64,000 nt of DNA. Source: Antechinus flavipes (Eukaryota). The first letter of the stretch is position 1. Each line of letters starts with the position of its first letter. The translations under genes were made by a program, and so were the position numbers. This document shows, piece after piece, positions 1 through 18,894 of this stretch. The stretch is from contig NC_067401.1 in assembly GCF_016432865.1 (NCBI RefSeq), positions 112,654,001 through 112,718,000 of the forward strand, written 5' to 3'. The notes beneath the pieces were generated by a model. The model had not been told where the DNA came from, did no database searches, and saw nothing but the letters and a program-made list of their open reading frames with translations.

Positions 1-220
1 TCTCTCTGTGTCTCTCTGTCTCTGTCTCTGTCTCTGTCTCTGTCTCTCTCACACACACATACACACACATACACACACACACGGAGTGAGTTTTATATAT
101 ATATATGTACATAATGTATATAAAGTCATTTACATATACGCATATACATACATATACATGTACATGCATACAGTCACAGTATAAAGTCATATACATATAT
201 ATATATATATATATATTTGT
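1..220. repeat. Compound microsatellite (TC/TG)n-(CA)n-(TA)n
   Basis: Directly visible. Confidence 0.95.
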
Positions 221-488
221 GTCTGTATGACTTTATATAAATAACTCTGTGGAAATGAAGGGGACAGTGGAATGGAAACCTATGGAGTATATTGAGTCTT
301 TAATTAAGAGATGGAGGAATGGGCTTTAAATGGAGCATGGATTCTTCTTCCATGTGATGGGTAATTAAAAAGCACAATGCTCTAGTTGAAATGACTTCTC
401 AGGACCCTCTCCAGCATGAAGCATTGAGGAGTTCCTAAATCCCTCATATGACTTCCTTTTCTTTCATATCATGGTGTCCCTCTGTTTT

Positions 489-493
489 ACACA

Positions 494-530
<37 letters not shown>
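489..530. repeat. (AC)n microsatellite in NPR1 intron 4
   Basis: Directly visible, ~20 nt from the exon 4 donor. Confidence 0.95.
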
Positions 531-533
<3 letters not shown>

Positions 534-550
534 AACCCCAAGTCTCTAAC

Positions 551-3479
551 CATAGAAGCTCCGATTCCACATTCTTCTTGTGACAGCTTCTCCATCAGTG
601 GCTGAACCACCACTGGCAAGTGTCTCAGTCACTGCTTGGGCATAGATCAGAAGCCCATCATAGAAGGAGGCTGCAATGGTGTTCACCTGTAGGGGAGGGA
701 TACTGGTAAGCAGGCATCCTAGCCCGGATGACTGAGGGAGGACACTGGGTAAGAACATGGTGTGTGTGTATGAGGGGTTAGAAAGTAGAGATTAGTAGGA
801 ACCAGGAACAGGCAGAAAGAATAGGGAGAAGGGATTTGGTAGCTATTAAAGACCAAGGTAAGAGACATGGTGGTGACGGTGGGGAGGAATATGGAGAAAG
901 GATACAGTGTGTAGGGTTAACAAATTCAAATATTAAGCACACTGTTGTAGGAAAGGCACTGGACAGTTCTAGACATTCAGAATACAAAGAGAAAAAAGAA
1001 AGTCTCTGTTTTCAAAGGGCCTATTTGCCTTCTATAGAACACAGTGAGTAGAGCTAAAACATGGAAAAGGATGAGGTGAAAGGCATTAAGATGGAAGCCC
1101 AGGGCTTATGTGGGTGGAAGGGTTGTAATAGGAAGGGTGATGGGTATGGTGTGTATGAATTGGCAACACTAGGGCAGGGGTGTATGATGCCAGACACTAG
1201 CTTGGGAATCAGAATGGAGCTTTCTTACCAGACCATCCTCCACCGTGAAGTTAAATTTCTTCTGGGCTACATCTTTGAGCTGCTGCAGAAATTCCGGGTA
1301 CTCAGGATTATCAGGTTCTTTATATGTGATGATTTTAGCAGCCTGGCCATAGGGCAAGGAGAAGGAAGGAAGAGTTATAAGCATATAACTAAAGGTGTTT
1401 GATTTACAAAGCTCCTCATTCCGGGGAATACCATGACCACTCCCTAGGATTTTTCTGTTTCTATCTGGTCAGTCTAAAGTCCTAAGTTCAGAAGCAAAAG
1501 AATAGAGAGTTGTCTGAATTCCTCAGCCTGAGGCACTTCTGAGCTTCAGACTTACCTTATTCCTCTAGCTTGTCATCCATTTGACTCTCAAACCACTAAC
1601 CCATCTCCTTTATCATCCATTCTCTTTCTCCCTGAAAACCCATCCCCAACCACATCCCCAATCAAGGATCAAGGGAAAAAAGCTCCAGGAGGATAAGCCT
1701 CCAGCATAATGTCATACAATGAGAGGTAAGTCCTAATTAGGATTTTGGGGTACCCACCTGGAAGGCCTTTCGGGCAATGGCATCATACCTATCCCCCTGC
1801 TGCCACGGCCTTCCAGAGATAGGGTTATGCCCATCCTGCAGGCTCTTCCCGAAGACGTCAAGGTAAAAGAAAATATAATCTCCCCCAGTCATCCCTGCTT
1901 CCTGGGCCAGGAGCATCAGGTCTCTGAATGTATTTGGAGAACTGCAGATATAGATAACTGTGGCAGAGGAAAAGAAGGAGTCAAATGAGCAGGGAACAGC
2001 TTGGAGATAAAGGAGGGGAAAGATGGGAGGAGGTAAAGAGAATCCTCTATTTTAGTCCCTTTCCCCTCTCCTGTAAAGCTTTCCTTCCCCAGACCCCTTA
2101 AGGAACTCCCATTCACCTGGAATTCTCTCCCTCCTCTTGCATATCCATCCCATCACCCTTCCCAAATTAGTTTGTGCTAAAGTGAAGACAATAAGCATTT
2201 TTTGGCCTTCCCTCTTCTGAAGTAACAATAGAAAATATGGGAAGAAGAGTGGAAATTGAAAAGGACAGGAAATTGACCCCGAGGGTAGAAAGAGGAGATA
2301 ACTAGGAGAGACAAAAAGTATAGGGACTATATAGGTGGTCAGAGAAGTGGGTGAAAAAAAATAGGAGAAGAGAAAAATTGGGAAAAGAGGGAGAGAGAGT
2401 GCCTAGGTGTAGGAGAGATGGCCAATCCATGCAGAGTGACAAGAGGAAAGATGGGGAAATGGAAAAGCAAGGGAGGGATGAGGAGTGAAAAATGGGGAAA
2501 AGGTAGGGGGGAAAAGAAGAGATGAGGAAGGTGAGAGAAAGCTGGAGAAACAGAAGCAGTGCTGGAAAAGAGCAATTAAAAAAAAGAAGGGTGAGGAGGG
2601 TCTGACAGGGAAAAAAGGAGAAAGGAAGGGAAAGGGCCAAAGGCTGCAAACTGGCTGTGATTTGGGGGCCCGTGTGGGTCGGGAGCTTGGGGAATCCAGA
2701 AGGTATAGGAGTGGTGATTTGGAAAGCAAAGCTGGCCTCCCATTCCCTCTATCGTAGAGTACCCCCTTACTTCTGCCTTTCTGTTGCACGTCCCGCAGAA
2801 GCGCGCTATACAGCTCCAGGTCCCCTTCGACAAACTGCAGGTAGTCCACGGTGATGTTGAGCCGGGCCCGGAGCCGAACGTACAGCCCTTCGATGGCAAA
2901 GAAGCAGGGCCGGTCGTCCCCGACGGGTTCGGGTCGGTCATTGTAGAGCAGGAGCGTGCGGCGCTCCCAGCCCAGCTCCTGGTGCAGCGTGGCCACGAAG
3001 TCCCCGATCTTGACATGGCTCGGGCCAGTGCGGGTGGTCAGGGCGTACTCATCCTTGGAGCCGAAGCCCAGAGCGGACGCCCCGGCGGTCAGCAGCGGCA
3101 CCTTCCAGTGCGCGGTAAAGCGGCCCACAGGCGCAGCAGAGTACACGCAGCCCGGCCCCAGAAACACCGCAGGGTCGTACTCCACCTTGAGGTCCACAGC
3201 AACCAAAGGAGCCCAGCTGTCGGAGCATACCCCTTTGGGGTTCTCGCTGCTGCCCAGCTGGTACACCGCCGTCCAGCCCGGCAGCAGGTCCGACCGTTCG
3301 TTCATCCTCTTCAACGCCATGTCCACGGCCGGCCCCACGCGCGACCACGACCATGGGTACGTGGTGTTGGTCACTGGCAGTACCACAGCCACTGTCAGGT
3401 TCTTTGCCTGGCACCCCCGGAGGACGAACTGGACTAGGAAGGCGAGGAGAGCGCCCGAGAAGCCCTTCGGGGAGCGCAT
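551..3479 (-). CDS. NPR1: Natriuretic peptide receptor A (guanylyl cyclase A), 5' part; exons 1-4 (extracellular domain); gene continues beyond the left edge
   Basis: Exons 3479-2771 (709 nt, MRSPKG...signal peptide, NLTVAVVLP...CSD...GPGCVY...KGR), 1957-1758 (200, IYICSSP...AFQ), 1342-1229 (114, [15 protein letters not shown]), 686-551 (136, [11 protein letters not shown]...MWNRSF). All GT-AG and frame-continuous; exon sizes 200/114/136 match the human gene as recalled. No exon 5 seen in 1-550. Confidence 0.97.
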
Positions 3480-3769
3480 TGTCTCGGCTGGAGAGAACAG
3501 GGCAGTGTAAGAGCGCCCACCTCTCTCTCCCCCCCCCCCCACGCAACCTCTTCCTTCTCAGTGAGGCATCATGTCCATCTCCAAGGAGGGGAACAGGGGA
3601 GACGCCTGGGCCCCGGGTGCCCCCTAGGTCTGGGCGAGGGACCAGAGGAATTCGAAGGCGCGAGAGTGAGCAGAAGGAGCAGACGAGCTGGTGTGCCAGG
3701 GAATGAGCGTGCCGCAGACAGAGGTGCAGGAGGGCAGGTGGGTGAGAGGGCGAGTGTGAGAGTGCTTGC

Positions 3770-3815
<46 letters not shown>

Positions 3816-3900
3816 GTGAGGGAAGTGGGAAAGATAAGGAAGGAGGGGAAAAGGGAAGGAGGAGGGGTGTGCGTGCGCGCGCGCGTGTCGGTGATCTGGG
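2771..3900. promoter_or_regulatory. NPR1 CpG island (exon 1 and promoter)
   Basis: Dense CpG and high GC relative to flanks. Confidence 0.7.
3767..3813. repeat. (GT)~19 microsatellite upstream of NPR1
   Basis: Directly visible. Confidence 0.95.
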
Positions 3901-4899
3901 GTGCCACAGCGGGCAGAGAGGTTGTCCAGCCAAACTCTCCGTCTTCCCTAACGGGACTGGGAAGGACCTGGAGCCCTTTTGCACTCGGAGCCCTCCCTCC
4001 TTCAGTGACAAAAGAGCCAATCCTGGATCTTTTAACTCCTTCCTCTCCGGGATCTGGCTGCGTCTGTCTTCCCCTCCTTCTTCTTCGTTGTCCCTCTGAC
4101 CACTCCTCCCTCTGTCTCCTCTTCCTCTCCCGGGGATCTGGCACGAACGTGAAAGCTTTTCTAGAGGACGGGAAGTTTGTTGATGGGGGGTTTTGTGTGC
4201 TTGTGCGTGTGTGCTTCAACAGCTGTGTCCCCTTCCTTCCTCCCTCCCTCCCTTCCTCTTATCCTTCCCCTTCCACCTTGTAACATCTGGTGAGGGAAAC
4301 ATTTACTTCCTTGAGAATCTACAAGGATAAAATTGGAGGCGGGGATGGCTAGATTTATGGGACTGCTGAGTTGGAGCATGGGAAGGGGGAAAAAGAGGGT
4401 CTTTCTAAGGTCTCTCGGATTCCTGGGTTGGAGGAGAGAGGTGGAGATAGAGTACCCAAGATTGATAGCACCGATCCCCCAGTGTGGGAGCTTAAGTGAA
4501 GACTGTGCCCCACATGAGGATCTTTGGAGATTCGCTCCCTTATCCGACTGGTTCAGCAAAGCTTCTGGATCCCACCCCCACTCCTGGAAGATATGGGTTC
4601 CAGGGCGAGGGAGGGCCAGTCTGGGTTTAGGAGAAGTTGAAGCCTTCTGTGGAAGAGCTAGAAGTAGCCAGGATTGGGTGTGGGGTGGGTGGTTTGGTTT
4701 AGGGACAGACGGGAGGGAGGGACGGAGGGCCCTCGACGATTGGGTGCGGGCGGGACAACTATGGACTCATTCTGCCACCCAGTGGTACTACTGAATACTC
4801 ATCACCGAGGTACTCGGCTGCCGTCTGGCAAGTCCTCATCAACAAAAATTTCCCAAAGTGTCTCAGGCCAAAGTGTATATTTTAATCTCCTTCTTCATC

Positions 4900-6270
4900 T
4901 CCCCTCCCCCCCAGCCCCTTTATTTGTATTATTTTTAAATTAAAAGAAAAGCATTTTTACTTGAAGTTTTGAGTCCCAAATTCTATCCCTTCCTCCCCTT
5001 TCTCCTCCCTTAGATCGTAAGCAATCAGATATAGGTTATACATGTACAATTATGTAAAACATTTCCTTATTAGTTGTTTTGTACAAGACGACTTGAATAA
5101 AAGAGAAAAAAATGAAAGAAAAATAGAGTGTATTCAATCAATGTCAGTTCTTTCTCTGGGGCGGATAGTTTCATCCCGAGTCCTTTGGGATTGCCTTGAA
5201 TCATTGCATTGCTGAGAATAGCTAAGTCATTCACAGTTCTTCATCGAAAAATATTGATGCTCAAAAGATCATTGTACACAACAACAAGATTATGCGATGA
5301 TTAATTCTGGTGGACGTGGCTCTTTTAGCGATGTGGTGATTCAGGCCAGTTCCAATAGTCTTGTGTTGGAGAGAGCCATCTGCACCCAGAGAGAGGACTG
5401 TGGGAACTGAATATGGAATCACAACAGTATTTTCACCTTTTTTGGTTGTTGTTTGCTTGCTTTTTGTTTTCTTTCTCGTTTGCTTTTTTAAATTTGATTT
5501 GTCTTGTGCAGTATTATACATGTGGAAATATATACGGAAGAATTGCATGTTGAACATTTTGGACTATTTGCAGTCTAGGGGAGAGGGTGGGGGAAGGGAG
5601 AAAAATGTAGAATACAAGGTTTTGTAAAGGTGGATATTGATGACTATTTTTGCATATATTTTGAAAATAAAAAACTATTATTTAAAAACATTAATATAAC
5701 CAATTTTAAAAAGGAAAAAAAATCAGTATTACTGTGTACAATGTTCTCTTGGTTGCATCAAATCATGTAAGTCTAGGTTTTTCTGAAATCATCCTGCTTG
5801 TTATTTCTCATAGCACAATAATATTCCATTGTAATCATATACCATAGTTTATTTAGTCATTCCCCAATTGATGGGCATCCTTTTGATTTCCAATTCTTAT
5901 CCACTTCAAAAAGAACTGCTATAAATATTTTTGTACAAATTTTCCTCTTTTTTGGGGATGTTTTTAGCAATGATATTGCTGCATTAAAGGGTATAGACAC
6001 AGTTTTATAATCCTTTGGGTAATGTTCCAAATAGCTCTCCAGAATGGTTGGATCAGTTCATAACTCCACCAATAGTACATTAGTGCTTCAGTTTTCCTAT
6101 ATCCCCTCCAACATCCAAATTTTCCTTTTTTGTCATATTAGCCACTCTAATGGGTATGAGGTGCTGGTGCAGAGTTGTTTTAATTTATATTTCTCATAGG
6201 ACTAGGTTACTTTGATTTCTTTGAAAGCTTCCTGTTCATATCTTTCGACCAATTTTCCGTTGATTCCTTT
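4900..6270. mobile_element. Nested LINE-1 fragments: minus-strand L1 interrupted by a plus-strand L1 3' end (~5263-5725)
   Basis: Marsupial L1 3'UTR-like text on both strands with an A-rich tail near 5670-5722; family from recollection, boundaries approximate. Confidence 0.6.
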
Positions 6271-6479
6271 CTTAACACTAATAAGAGTAAAATAATAATA
6301 ATAGTGTTTCTATAACCTTTTAAGGGTTTGCACTTCATAAGTGTTAGTTCATATTATCTCATTTGATCCTCATTCTGAAAGGTAAATGCTTTCATTATTT
6401 TATAGATGAGAAAACTGAGACAGCTGGAAGTTAAAACTAAATTAATTAGTAATTGCCCGAGGCTAGTAATGACACTCCC

Positions 6480-7315
6480 CCTCTCCTTTCCCTCTCTCTT
6501 TCTCCTCCTCCTCCATCTCTTTCTTTTGCCCCCCTACTCCTCCCCAGCTTGCCGGATACTTCCACCTAAATGTCCCATAGATATTTCAAAGTTGACCTGT
6601 TCAAATTAGAATTCATTTTTCCCCCTAAATCCTCTTTTTCTTATACCTTCCCTATTTCTGTGAAGTTCATTAATCAGGTTTACAATCTTGACTTTCCCTT
6701 GCGTAATCAATTTTGTAGATTTCACTAGCACTTCTTTTGTCTCTCCCCTTCCCTCCCGTTAATACCCTAATTTCCTCTCATATCAACGATTTCAAAACTT
6801 CCTAATTGGTTTCTCTGCATCCAGGCTCTCCTCTTGATAATCTCTTCCCCACACAACAGCCAAATGATTAATATTAAAGCACACATTTGATTAAATCACT
6901 TCCATGCTCAAGGAACTTCAGTGGCTCCCCATGGTCAAAAATACCAACGCTCCTGTTTGGCATTTGAAGCTTTTCTGCAAGCTGACTCTAACTTGACTTG
7001 TCAGGCTCTGTCACGCTGTCCTCTCAAAGAGCATTATTTATTTGCTGTATAAATTCTCATGCTTTCCCCGCGCCTTTCAGGCTCGGTTTAAGAGCCGCTT
7101 TCTACAAGAAATCATTCCTGAATCCCCCAGTTATTATCCCCTCCAACAGCATGACTTTATATTTGTCGGTAAATATGTTTTTTACTTATTTGAGTATATG
7201 CTTTCCTTCGATAGAATGTAGGTTCTTGAGGTCAGGGTCGGCTTCGTTTTTATTATCGTATCACATCTTCAACTGGCCCTAGTGCTTAGTAAACAGTAGG
7301 TGCTTAATAAATACT
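6480..7315 (+). mobile_element. LINE-2 fragment
   Basis: Pyrimidine-rich L2-like body ending in GTAGGTGCTTAATAAAT, the typical L2 3' tail. Confidence 0.6.
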
Positions 7316-7514
7316 ACTTTAAATGAATTCTTTGCTCAGTCTCTTTGCCACCTTAGTTTATTCCTCTGGCTTCGGTTTGCTTTGTAGTCTTCCATTTCCT
7401 CATACCTGTCTTGGGAGACCTCTCTTTTTTCATTAAATTCTATACTTTCCGAGGCTCGGTCTTTTCCCCTTTCGGCCTCATTTTCTTCCTCTCTTGCTTA
7501 AAAACCTCATTTTT

Positions 7515-7688
7515 TACTGTGACATATTTAACATGTATAGAACTGCTTGCCATCTGGGGAAGGGGATGGAGGGAGGGAGGGAAAAAGTCGGAACAGAAGT
7601 GAGTGCAAGGAATAATGTAAAAAATTACCCAGGTATGGGTTCTGTCAATAAAAAGTTATAATTATTTTAAAAAAATAGAGAATAAAAT
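7515..7688 (+). mobile_element. 5'-truncated LINE-1 3' end with target-site duplication
   Basis: TSD AAAAACCTCATTTTT (7500-7514) / AAAAACCTCATGTTT (7689-7703); AATAAA plus A-rich tail; TT|AAAA endonuclease site. Confidence 0.75.
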
Positions 7689-7804
7689 AAAAACCTCATG
7701 TTTATGTGGCTTAATTCAGACAAATAACACATGTGTTGCTATTTATGTCCTACATTATCCCTTTTCTTCTGCAAAATCATGTTATTACAAAAGAAGGGGA
7801 GAAG

Positions 7805-7819
7805 AAAAAACTAGAAAAA
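7805..7819 (-). terminator. Pol III terminator T-runs of tRNA-iMet
   Basis: T5 (7815-7819) and T6 (7805-7810) on the minus strand just 3' of the tRNA. Confidence 0.85.
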
Positions 7820-7825
7820 CTTCTC

Positions 7826-7897
7826 TAGCAGAGGATGGTTTCGATCCATCGACCTCTGGGTTATGGGCCCAGCACGCTTCCGCTGCGCCACTCTGCT
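7826..7897 (-). tRNA. TRX-CAT: Initiator tRNA-Met (CAT)
   Basis: Reverse complement reads AGCAGAGTGGCGCAGCGGAAGCGTGCTGGGCCCATAACCCAGAGGTCGATGGATCGAAACCATCCTCTGCTA (72 nt). This is the vertebrate tRNA-iMet: A1:U72 pair, three G-C pairs in the anticodon stem, GAUCGAAA T-loop. Confidence 0.99.
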
Positions 7898-8039
7898 AGT
7901 TAACAGAATGGCCGGCTAAATCCTATATAGAGTGTAGAAACGTTGCTTGTGCGTATGCTAGCATTATGCGATTCTTTCATACAGCGCCTCCTGTCGAATG
8001 TTCTACAGATTGTTCCAGTCTCCCTTTCCCGTCAAGCTA

Positions 8040-8252
8040 ACTCTCATTGGTTGTTTCCCAGTATAGCAGGCTCTCCTAATGGCTAATATTCTACTTACTC
8101 GATGAGACCAATGGGCATAGATTATGGGATGACGCCGGAGCCAATAGCGACTGGTCTTATTGGAACGTGCCGGCAAGCGGCCTCTCCGGTTGTTGGCTTC
8201 TCAGAAGAAGGGGCGGTTGGCGGGGCCTCCATTGTTCAAGACTGTAGGAGCC
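8040..8252 (+). promoter_or_regulatory. ILF2 promoter / CpG-rich region with CCAAT cluster
   Basis: ATTGG 8046-8050, CCAAT 8108-8112 and 8141-8145, ATTGG 8159-8163, TTCTCAGAA 8198-8206, GGGCGG 8211-8216. Confidence 0.7.
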
Positions 8253-16140
<7,888 letters not shown>

Positions 16141-16534
16141 TTTCTTCTGGTTTTGTCTCTGCTGCCAAAGGCAAGGCAACAGGCATCCCCTGTGGAGCCT
16201 GGTAGTGGCCTGTGTAAGGGTGAGGGGATCGTGGGAAGAAAAAATAAGGCTGCAAATCCTCTGGAAGCTGTGGAGAAAGAAGCATTGTCTTGTAGGTGAT
16301 TTGATGCTCCCTTGATTCAGCGACAGGAGTCTCACATTTGTGGCCTCTGCCACAAAGGGAAGGTATCAGCCTTCCTGAATTTTGTTCTTTTATAGATTAA
16401 CACACACCCCTAATCCCTCCACAAAACCACCAACTCTGGAAATCCCACAAAGACCGAAATCTTACAGAATTTTTTTTTTGAAATTATTGTGAACTGTTAG
16501 TGTCTGAAAGTTGTTTGTTTTTTATTTAGAAACT

Positions 16535-16540
16535 ATTAAA
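16535..16540 (+). promoter_or_regulatory. Probable ILF2 polyadenylation signal ATTAAA
   Basis: ATTAAA ~400 nt after the stop, followed by U-rich sequence. Confidence 0.6.
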
Positions 16541-16839
16541 AAGTGTTTCCTTCTAAGATTCTTTTCCTTCCTGCAGCTAACAATGTTGGAACTTCCCTCT
16601 TTGCTTGTTTTTGATATTTACTTTACAGGCTTCTTGCCAAATTATGGCTTGGAGAAAGAGATTCTAATCCATTGTAACACTCCCCTCTTCTCTTTTCCTT
16701 AGTCCCTTCCAGGCAAGCGTACAGTAATGATTGGAAATTTGACTGATTCCAGAGGGAGAGGCACAGAAAATATCTTCAAAAACTTAAATTTATCCTGGAG
16801 TAAACCTAAATACAGTATTACAGCATTAATACTCTGATA

Positions 16840-16845
16840 TTTATT
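16840..16845 (-). promoter_or_regulatory. Probable SNAPIN polyadenylation signal AATAAA
   Basis: TTTATT on plus strand, ~490 nt downstream of the SNAPIN stop. Confidence 0.55.
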
Positions 16846-17331
16846 GAATTATACAATTATAGAAATGCTACTGTGGCAGCTTAAAGCTAGTGCAATCCAT
16901 AGAAAGATGGGCAAGGCTTCCTCACCAAGATCCTTCCCCCTCAAACCTCAGTGCAAGCAAAAGAGTAGATGTCTCTGTGAAAGAAGCTATTCAGGGACCA
17001 GCAACTTAGCACCTAGGAGGAACAGTGCCACCCAGGGTCATTCATTGATTCAGGGTGCTGAAGTATGCAGCTTTTCCATTTATAAATTTGCATTCTTTAT
17101 AAATAGCTCTTTAGAAACAAGAATACTTATCAACTGATTCGTATGGAACCTTTTCAACCAGAATTTAGTCAAGGGGTTATTTCTGGGGTTCCAATCTAAA
17201 CAGTTAACCTAGCTCCCAGTGCTCCAAGTCAGTACAGATTCAGTGTCTTCTAGAATCATAGTTGAAGTCTAAAGTTTGAAGCAGGACAATTAGAGAGCAG
17301 GGATGGCTTCTGGTTCAACTTCTGAGAAGCA

Positions 17332-18755
17332 TTATTTGCTTGGGGAACCAGAAGGGTAGCCCCCAGACTCTAGCATGGCCCGCCGTCTAATGTTCTCCTT
17401 GGCAACACTGTGATTCAACCGTCTCAACCGCTCCTGAAAGAAGGAAAAAACTTGAGTTCTGGCAGCAGGATTAAAATCTTCCTAAAAGATATTTGTTTCA
17501 CCTAATTCACAAGATCAAGCTAAGTTTGGCACTGGGCATCTTACATATTTTTTGGGGGTGATCTCAAAGTCAAAAAGATGTTCTCCACAAAGGTTCAAAT
17601 CCTACTTAACATAAGCTAGATGACAAGAGAAAACTAAGTAACCCCATATAATTTAGATTATAAGTTACAAGTGAAATGCTGATCTATATTTGTGGAGGAT
17701 TCCCTTTCTTCCCCCCCCCCCCCCCCCCCACACACGCACTGTTCTACTGAACCAGGTCTATTTCATTGTCTTGAAATCAGATCCTGATTTGAATTCTAAC
17801 AAGGAACACAGTTTTCCCATCTGTAAGTTTTAAAATCTTGATGCTTTTAATAGTTTGGAAAACTGCCACCTCTTCAATAACTTGGAGGTGACAGACAACT
17901 GAGTATGTTGCAAAACCATAATGGAAAACCAAAAAGTGAGTGTCCTGGGATTCCCTTACCTGAGCATTCTGTAGGATGTTATTCACCAAAACCACCCGTC
18001 TCCTGGCATTAAGGAGCTTCTTCACGTAGGGATCCAGATCCAAAGCCACCTTCTGATCTTCATTGATTCTGCAGAGTTCTAAAGGGCAAAGAGGGAAGGG
18101 GGCACAGCCGGTAGGAGGCTCCGCTGAGGCAGACTGGTAACCTTCTGCTAGCTCTGGGGGGGTGAGTCAAGGGGTAGTGCCGGTCTTGAGGGCCAGGAAA
18201 GGGGCACAGGACATCCTAGCCTCCAACAGAGTTATGCACCCAAATACAGTGACTAGGGATAAACAGACTCGGAGGCATCCGCTTACCTGTGGCCAAATTG
18301 TCGATCTGTTCCCGCAGCTCCACCTGACTCTCCCTGCAACGGGGGACAAGGCCCAGCTCCGCTCAGCCTCCGCCAGCTCGCCTATCGCCCTAGGGCCTGG
18401 CCTGGGCAGACCGTGGCAGAGCAGCAGCCGGCCTCGCCCCGGCTCCGACTCCAGCCCCACCCCACGCTCACGCGGCATTGCCCCCGAGGTTTCGAGGCCC
18501 AGGACCGGTCTCCCTCCCTCGCTTTTTCCATCCAGCCCCGGGGGTCCAGCGCGCCAGACAGACCCGCCCCCTTCCCACCTCCCTGGAGAAGCCCAACCCG
18601 CCCCGCTCGCACCGAACCGCGTGCACGTGGGAGTCAAGCTGCTGCACGGCGGGCCGCAGGAACTCCAGTAGCCCTTCCGCGAACAGGTCCCGGCCCGAGG
18701 GCCCGGCCACAGGCGTGCCAGCTCCCGACACTGCGGCGGAGCTAACCCCGGCCAT
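17332..18755 (-). CDS. SNAPIN: SNARE-associated protein Snapin (BLOC-1/BORC subunit), complete, 136 aa
   Basis: Exons 18755-18613 (143), 18333-18287 (47), 18078-17960 (119), 17433-17332 (102); sum 411 nt. MAGVSSAAVSGAG...DLFAEGLLEFLRPAVQQLDSHVHAVRESQVELREQIDNLATELCRINEDQKVALDLDPYVKKLLNARRRVVLVNNILQNAQERLRRLNHSVAKE...SK*. Confidence 0.98.
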
Positions 18756-18870
18756 CTCCTGCACTCAGCGAGACCGGAACCCTCGCGAGGGCCGCCGGGA
18801 GCCAACGAGATCCTTAAAAAGACGTCTCCCGCGAGGGGGCGCCTTGAAGTCGCCGTCTTCGCCATGAACG

Positions 18871-18894
18871 CTGGGACTTCTAGGAAATGTAGTT
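18871..18894 (-). promoter_or_regulatory. ZNF143/ACTACA-type promoter element of SNAPIN (CpG island ~18250-18870)
   Basis: Minus strand AACTACATTTCCTAGAAGTCCCAG resembles the ACTACAnnTCCCAG consensus; ~115 nt upstream of the ATG. Confidence 0.6.

Noticed and set aside
3480-3542. Apparent 21-aa N-terminal extension of NPR1 in the ORF track
   Set aside because: Starts at a GTG within a G-run; the ATG at 3479 directly precedes a normal signal peptide. The ORF tail past 2771 is intron.
2302-4283. Many 100-320 aa ORFs on both strands around NPR1 exon 1
   Set aside because: Shadow frames of a GC-rich exon/CpG island and of (GT)n or purine tracts; low-complexity translations with no recognisable homology.
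18162-18867. Antisense and alternative ORFs (110-232 aa) over SNAPIN exons 1-2
   Set aside because: Expected stop-poor frames in a CpG island; only the spliced uORF possibility is kept, at low interest.
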